From a virus, in IMG/VR virus record IMGVR_UViG_3300038829_000269, positions 64,522 to 128,521 of that record: DNA of 64,000 nt; one strand, written 5' to 3'. A model generated the notes under the pieces. It saw only the letters and a program-made list of their open reading frames with translations, had not been told where the DNA came from and did not search any database. Each line of letters starts with the position of its first letter. Position 1 is the stretch's first letter. Shown here piece by piece: positions 60,352 through 64,000 of the stretch. Position numbers and translations under genes: made by a program.

Positions 60352-60930
60352 TCATGCGGACAGGCCGACATCGGCGCGGAGTCCACCGCAGTCGACGCAC
60401 AGCTTGCCTTCGCGGCTAGTTCGCCAGCGGAGATTCCGAACGTATGCCAGAAGAATCCCGTGGAAGAAATGTTCTCCATACGTCTCCCTCACAAACCTCG
60501 GCTGCAAACGCTTGCCGCGCTTCACGATCTTCAACTCCGGCCGATACTTCAGGACCCCAGGCTCGTCGTCCTCGTAACGGTTCGGACGATGCTCCAGCAT
60601 GTTCCATTCGAGCAGGTAAATCTCGGGCGGCAACTCGTCCGGCTTGATCAGCCCCGGCGGCGTCACGAAGAAGAAGCGGTTGAAGTAGCGCAGGTAGGTC
60701 TGCCACTTGTCGTCCTTCAGGAAGTCGCTGCGGCTCACCTTGATCTCGAACCCGTTGATCTGGAGCTTTCCCAGGTCGATGGTCACCACGTCAACGCGGC
60801 GGTCCACGTCCTTCAGCGTGAACTCGTCCATCCAGACCGCGTCTTGTTCATTCTCGATCCCGTAGGTGTGAGCCAGCTTTCGCAGGTTCTCAACCGTGGG
60901 CTCGGGCTTCGTGGTAGACCACTTGATCAT
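60352..60930 (-). CDS. MmcB-like PD-(D/E)xK nuclease
   Basis: RVDVVTID..GFEIKVSRSDFLKDDKWQTYLRYFNRFFFVTP. Confidence 0.8.
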   Translation of the reverse strand: MIKWSTTKPEPTVENLRKLAHTYGIENEQDAVWMDEFTLKDVDRRVDVVTIDLGKLQINGFEIKVSRSDFLKDDKWQTYLRYFNRFFFVTPPGLIKPDELPPEIYLLEWNMLEHRPNRYEDDEPGVLKYRPELKIVKRGKRLQPRFVRETYGEHFFHGILLAYVRNLRWRTSREGKLCVDCGGLRADVGLSA

Positions 60931-60939
60931 GATGCTGCT

Positions 60940-61143
60940 CTACGCCGCGAGGACCACCGAGTAGGCGTTTCCGCAGCCGGGGCAACCGGCCTTCTGTCCG
61001 ACCTGCTTCAGCGGCTCGCGCAGATCGAGGCGGCACGTCACGATCGCCTCGCCCTTCTGGACCATGTGGGTGAACTCCAGAATCGGCTGGTCGTAGTCCT
61101 TCGGCACTTCGATGACTTCTTCCTTCTTCTCTTCGTTGGCCAT
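60940..61143 (-). CDS. Small Zn-ribbon protein
   Basis: 67 aa; CPGCG; AAAGGAGG RBS. Confidence 0.55.
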   Translation of the reverse strand: MANEEKKEEVIEVPKDYDQPILEFTHMVQKGEAIVTCRLDLREPLKQVGQKAGCPGCGNAYSVVLAA

Positions 61144-61153
61144 AGGGCCTCCT

Positions 61154-63040
61154 TTAAGCGGCGATCGTTTCCGGCATCAGCGAGCGCGTGACGCGCAGGT
61201 TCGAGCCCTGCTCTTCGAGCAGGCCGTTGCGCCGGAGCGTGGACAGCATGTTCGTGTAGTGGCCGGACGTGATGCTCAGGCCGATCCCGCCCGCGACCTC
61301 GTCGCGCGTCCAGTAGCGCTCGGGGTTCGCTTCCTCGGACCGGATCAGCCAGTCGAGCAGGCGCCACTCGGTGCCGCCCAGGTTCTGCTGCCACATGGCG
61401 CGGACCTCGTCCACGGACTGCGCGATGCCCAGGAACTGGTGACACTGGTCTTGGCCGCCGCTGGTCAGGCCGAACCCGGCGTGGTCCTCGTCCGCGAGCC
61501 CGGCGGTCCGAAGCTCGCTCAGGATGTTCGTGTAGTGGCCGGACGTGATGCTCAGGCCGCTGAGCGTCGCGAGTTGGGCGCGCGTGAGCCGGGACGGATG
61601 GCGCCGGGCCAGGGCGATGAGCACGCGGTCCTTGCCAGACTTGGTCGACAGGGTCCCGCGCGCGGCGGTCATCGGCCCGGCGGGGGCCGGGACGCGCGCG
61701 TGCGGGGCGCTGGGCGCGTGGCGAGCATCGCGCACCGGGGCGGCGGCCGGGGCCGGAGCCCTGGCCGGAACGACGGGGGCCGGGGCCTTCTGGAGCGCGG
61801 CCACGGTCTGGGCCAGGTTCGCGTTCAGAGCCAGCACCTTCTTCGTCTCGGTGAACGCGATCGCGGCCTCTCCCGCCCCCGCCGAGATGATCTCGGCCAC
61901 TTTCTCCAGGCGCTTGATCTCGCTCTCCTTGAGCAGCGGGACGCGCACGATCTCCACCTTGACCTTGGTCACCGTCACCTTCTCTGGCGCCGGGGCCTTG
62001 CCGGGCTTGAGCGCGGGCGCCGCCTTGAGCTTGGCGAGGCGCACGTTCTCGGCCAGTGCCGCCGCGAGCTTCTGCTTCAGCTTGCTCGGGTCGTTCAACT
62101 GGGCCTTCTCGATGGTCTCGGCCATGCGCTTGCGATACTTCACCAGGTCGGGCTTGGTCGCGGCGCCGGGCGCGCGCTTGATCTCGCCCGCCTTGGGCGT
62201 GGCCGACGAGTCGAAGGTGTGACGAGCGCGGAACCGGACGATGCCCTCGTGCCTCAGATAGCCAGGGGACACGACGAGCGCGCTGCCCACCGGAAGCTCG
62301 CGGAGCTTGACCACGATGTCCTTGTGCCGGACCTTCTCGACGTGCTCTCCCAGCCAGTCCATGATCGCGCTGACCGAGTTCGGGCCCACGGTTCGGAACG
62401 CGATCATGTAGTCGGCGAGTTCGGACACCGACTTGTTCATGCGCGCGGAGCGCTGGGTGATGAGCAGGCAGCCGACGCCGACGTTGCGCCCTTCCTCAAC
62501 CAACATCTCGATCGCGCCGACGCAGCGCGCGAGTTCCGGCGAACCGTGGGGGATCATCTGCGGGCAGAAGCGACCGGCCTCGTCGATGATCACGAGCAGC
62601 GGCTCCGTCTTCTCGCCCTGTCGCTCGTAGAGCCGCGTGCAGTAGTCGGCGACGAACCTGATCTTCTCGGCCTTGCTCCACATCTTCCCGTTCTTGTGCC
62701 GGGAGATGTCGATCACGGTGCTGACGTGCTCGTCGACCACCAGGTCGGCGACCACGGCGCCGGACGTGGGCTCGATCTCGATGTCGCCGTGCTTGCCGCC
62801 GACGATCAGGACCTCGATGCCCTTGGACTCGCGGTCCGCGCCGTGCTGGAGTCCATAGCCCACGCCCATCGGGTCGATGAGCGAGAACTTGAGGCCAGCG
62901 CGGTCAAGCTCCTCTGGGATCACGCCGATCCCGAGGCTGGACTTGCCCATGCCCTTGCCTCCGTAGATCACGCCGCTGGCCGTGACCAGCGAGAGCGGGA
63001 AGCTGAGATCGTTCGACAACTTGAGGGTTCTGGCGTTCAT
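61154..63040 (-). CDS. HerA/FtsK-superfamily ATPase (DUF87-like) with two C-terminal wHTH repeats
   Basis: Walker A GGKGMGKS, LIDPMG, Walker B VIIDEA, ITQR; twice GLSITSGHYTNxL. Confidence 0.85.
   Translation of the reverse strand: MNARTLKLSNDLSFPLSLVTASGVIYGGKGMGKSSLGIGVIPEELDRAGLKFSLIDPMGVGYGLQHGADRESKGIEVLIVGGKHGDIEIEPTSGAVVADLVVDEHVSTVIDISRHKNGKMWSKAEKIRFVADYCTRLYERQGEKTEPLLVIIDEAGRFCPQMIPHGSPELARCVGAIEMLVEEGRNVGVGCLLITQRSARMNKSVSELADYMIAFRTVGPNSVSAIMDWLGEHVEKVRHKDIVVKLRELPVGSALVVSPGYLRHEGIVRFRARHTFDSSATPKAGEIKRAPGAATKPDLVKYRKRMAETIEKAQLNDPSKLKQKLAAALAENVRLAKLKAAPALKPGKAPAPEKVTVTKVKVEIVRVPLLKESEIKRLEKVAEIISAGAGEAAIAFTETKKVLALNANLAQTVAALQKAPAPVVPARAPAPAAAPVRDARHAPSAPHARVPAPAGPMTAARGTLSTKSGKDRVLIALARRHPSRLTRAQLATLSGLSITSGHYTNILSELRTAGLADEDHAGFGLTSGGQDQCHQFLGIAQSVDEVRAMWQQNLGGTEWRLLDWLIRSEEANPERYWTRDEVAGGIGLSITSGHYTNMLSTLRRNGLLEEQGSNLRVTRSLMPETIAA
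61248..61559. repeat. Perfect 36-bp direct repeat pair
   Basis: ATGTTCGTGTAGTGGCCGGACGTGATGCTCAGGCCG at 61248-61283 and 61524-61559. Confidence 0.8.
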
Positions 63041-63306
63041 TAGAAAGGGGCTCCTGGGGTCACGTTGTTCCGGTTCACCGGCTTGAAATCTTCTGGCACT
63101 TCCGTGATCGGCGTCTCTGCGCCGGTCTTCTTGATCTCGACCTGGATCGACGGGTCGGGTCCGAACTCTCCCGGGAACTCCTCGTTGAGGAACGCCTGGG
63201 TCTTGAGGTTAAGCTGCGACTCGGTCTCCGCGTCCACGACCCTCTCCTTGCCGGTGAGTTCGTAGACGGCCACTTGCTTGATGGCGCGGAGCAGATACTT
63301 AGCCAC
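63040..63306 (-). CDS. Hypothetical protein
   Basis: 88 aa, TAATG coupling. Confidence 0.55.
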   Translation of the reverse strand: MAKYLLRAIKQVAVYELTGKERVVDAETESQLNLKTQAFLNEEFPGEFGPDPSIQVEIKKTGAETPITEVPEDFKPVNRNNVTPGAPF

Positions 63307-63583
63307 GCTTCTGCCCCTGGCCGCGCGCGGCGGTCCCGATCAGGCCCGCCTCGCGATACGGGCTCCTGGTCATGGCGTTGGCGCGCTTGCGCTTGCGGCT
63401 GCGCCACGCGGTCTCCACCGCCGCGAACCGGCGGCTGCGCGCCAGCTTGCGGAAGTCGTCCTTCAGGCTCGGCGTGAGCCGGGCCCAGGGCGAGGTGAAC
63501 GAGTTGACGCGCAGCCGCTTGTCCACCGCGCGCCAGATCGTCCAGATCAGCTTGGCCTTGAACTCCAATTCCTGAGGGCTCAA
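63299..63583 (-). CDS. Basic hypothetical protein
   Basis: 94 aa, coupled. Confidence 0.5.
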   Translation of the reverse strand: MSPQELEFKAKLIWTIWRAVDKRLRVNSFTSPWARLTPSLKDDFRKLARSRRFAAVETAWRSRKRKRANAMTRSPYREAGLIGTAARGQGQKRG

Positions 63584-63993
63584 GGCTGCGAGGCTCCCGG
63601 CAGGATCAGGCCGCCTTCCGTCCGCTGCTCGCCGGGCTTGACCGTGGGGTCGATGATCCCGCTGGTCGCGGCACGGATGTCGACGACGATCGGGCTCTTC
63701 TCGTCGAGCAACTGCGCGAACATGATCTCGGCGGAGCGCAGGTAGATCAGCTTGTCGCCGAGGTTGAGCGGCAGGCAGGTGAGAATCTGCTTGCCGCCGC
63801 CAGCCTGCATGATGACCTGGTGCGGGTTGCGAAGCTCGATGATCCGGTCGGCGGCCCCGATCTCCTCGGTCACCACCTGCTCGGGTCCGCCCTCGGCCTT
63901 GACCGCGTGCGTGTGCTTGACCTTCGGCTGAAGGAGGTCGGCCGCCAGGCAGCGCTTGAAATGCTGGTCGTCGCTCTTCAGGTCTTCCGGCAC
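63580..63993 (-). CDS. Hypothetical protein (true start may lie beyond window)
   Basis: 137+ aa ORF at right edge. Confidence 0.5.
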   Translation of the reverse strand: MPEDLKSDDQHFKRCLAADLLQPKVKHTHAVKAEGGPEQVVTEEIGAADRIIELRNPHQVIMQAGGGKQILTCLPLNLGDKLIYLRSAEIMFAQLLDEKSPIVVDIRAATSGIIDPTVKPGEQRTEGGLILPGASQP

Positions 63994-64000
63994 GTCGACG

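Noticed and set aside
60285-60479. 64-aa ORF overlapping the MmcB-like gene
   Set aside because: Mostly overlaps a supported gene out of frame; only the last ~28 codons (CPH..CQSPAC) might be a micro-gene, not enough evidence
59651-61143. Two genes both starting MANEE
   Set aside because: Five-residue match with no further similarity; could be chance or translation-initiation bias
1-64000. Alternative genetic code or prophage integration functions
   Set aside because: TAA, TAG and TGA all end well-coupled genes and long genes are intact under code 11; no integrase, att site or host genes seen

Overview
64-kb segment of a large, GC-rich tailed bacteriophage (Caudoviricetes). Nearly all real genes are on the minus strand; the long plus-strand ORFs are antisense shadows. 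1-38.6 kb is a head/packaging block: portal (runs off the left edge), an HK97-type capsid paralog, terminase large subunit, fibre/decoration proteins and several large modular proteins punctuated by short recurring [KR]-x-A or W-x-x-R-R-A motifs. One of these carries a minimal-CRISPR-polymerase (mCpol)-like cyclic-nucleotide synthase domain. Another is a 2322-aa polyvalent protein (ART-like, two GNATs, Pol-beta nucleotidyltransferase, Cys-His-Asp module, ParB-like, pyrophosphatase-like). 38.6-42 kb is a switch region with a candidate small terminase, DnaA-box-like motifs, an AT-rich island and a strong sigma70 promoter leading into a candidate structured ncRNA. 42-64 kb holds tightly coupled small early/accessory genes: ThyX, ATP-grasp, MazG-like, DUF1643, MmcB-like, HerA-like, an ACP lacking its Ser, and seven unrelated proteins sharing the C-terminal tag EP[TN]LxE[VIL]WxD. 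All domain calls are motif recognition by eye; no searches were run.
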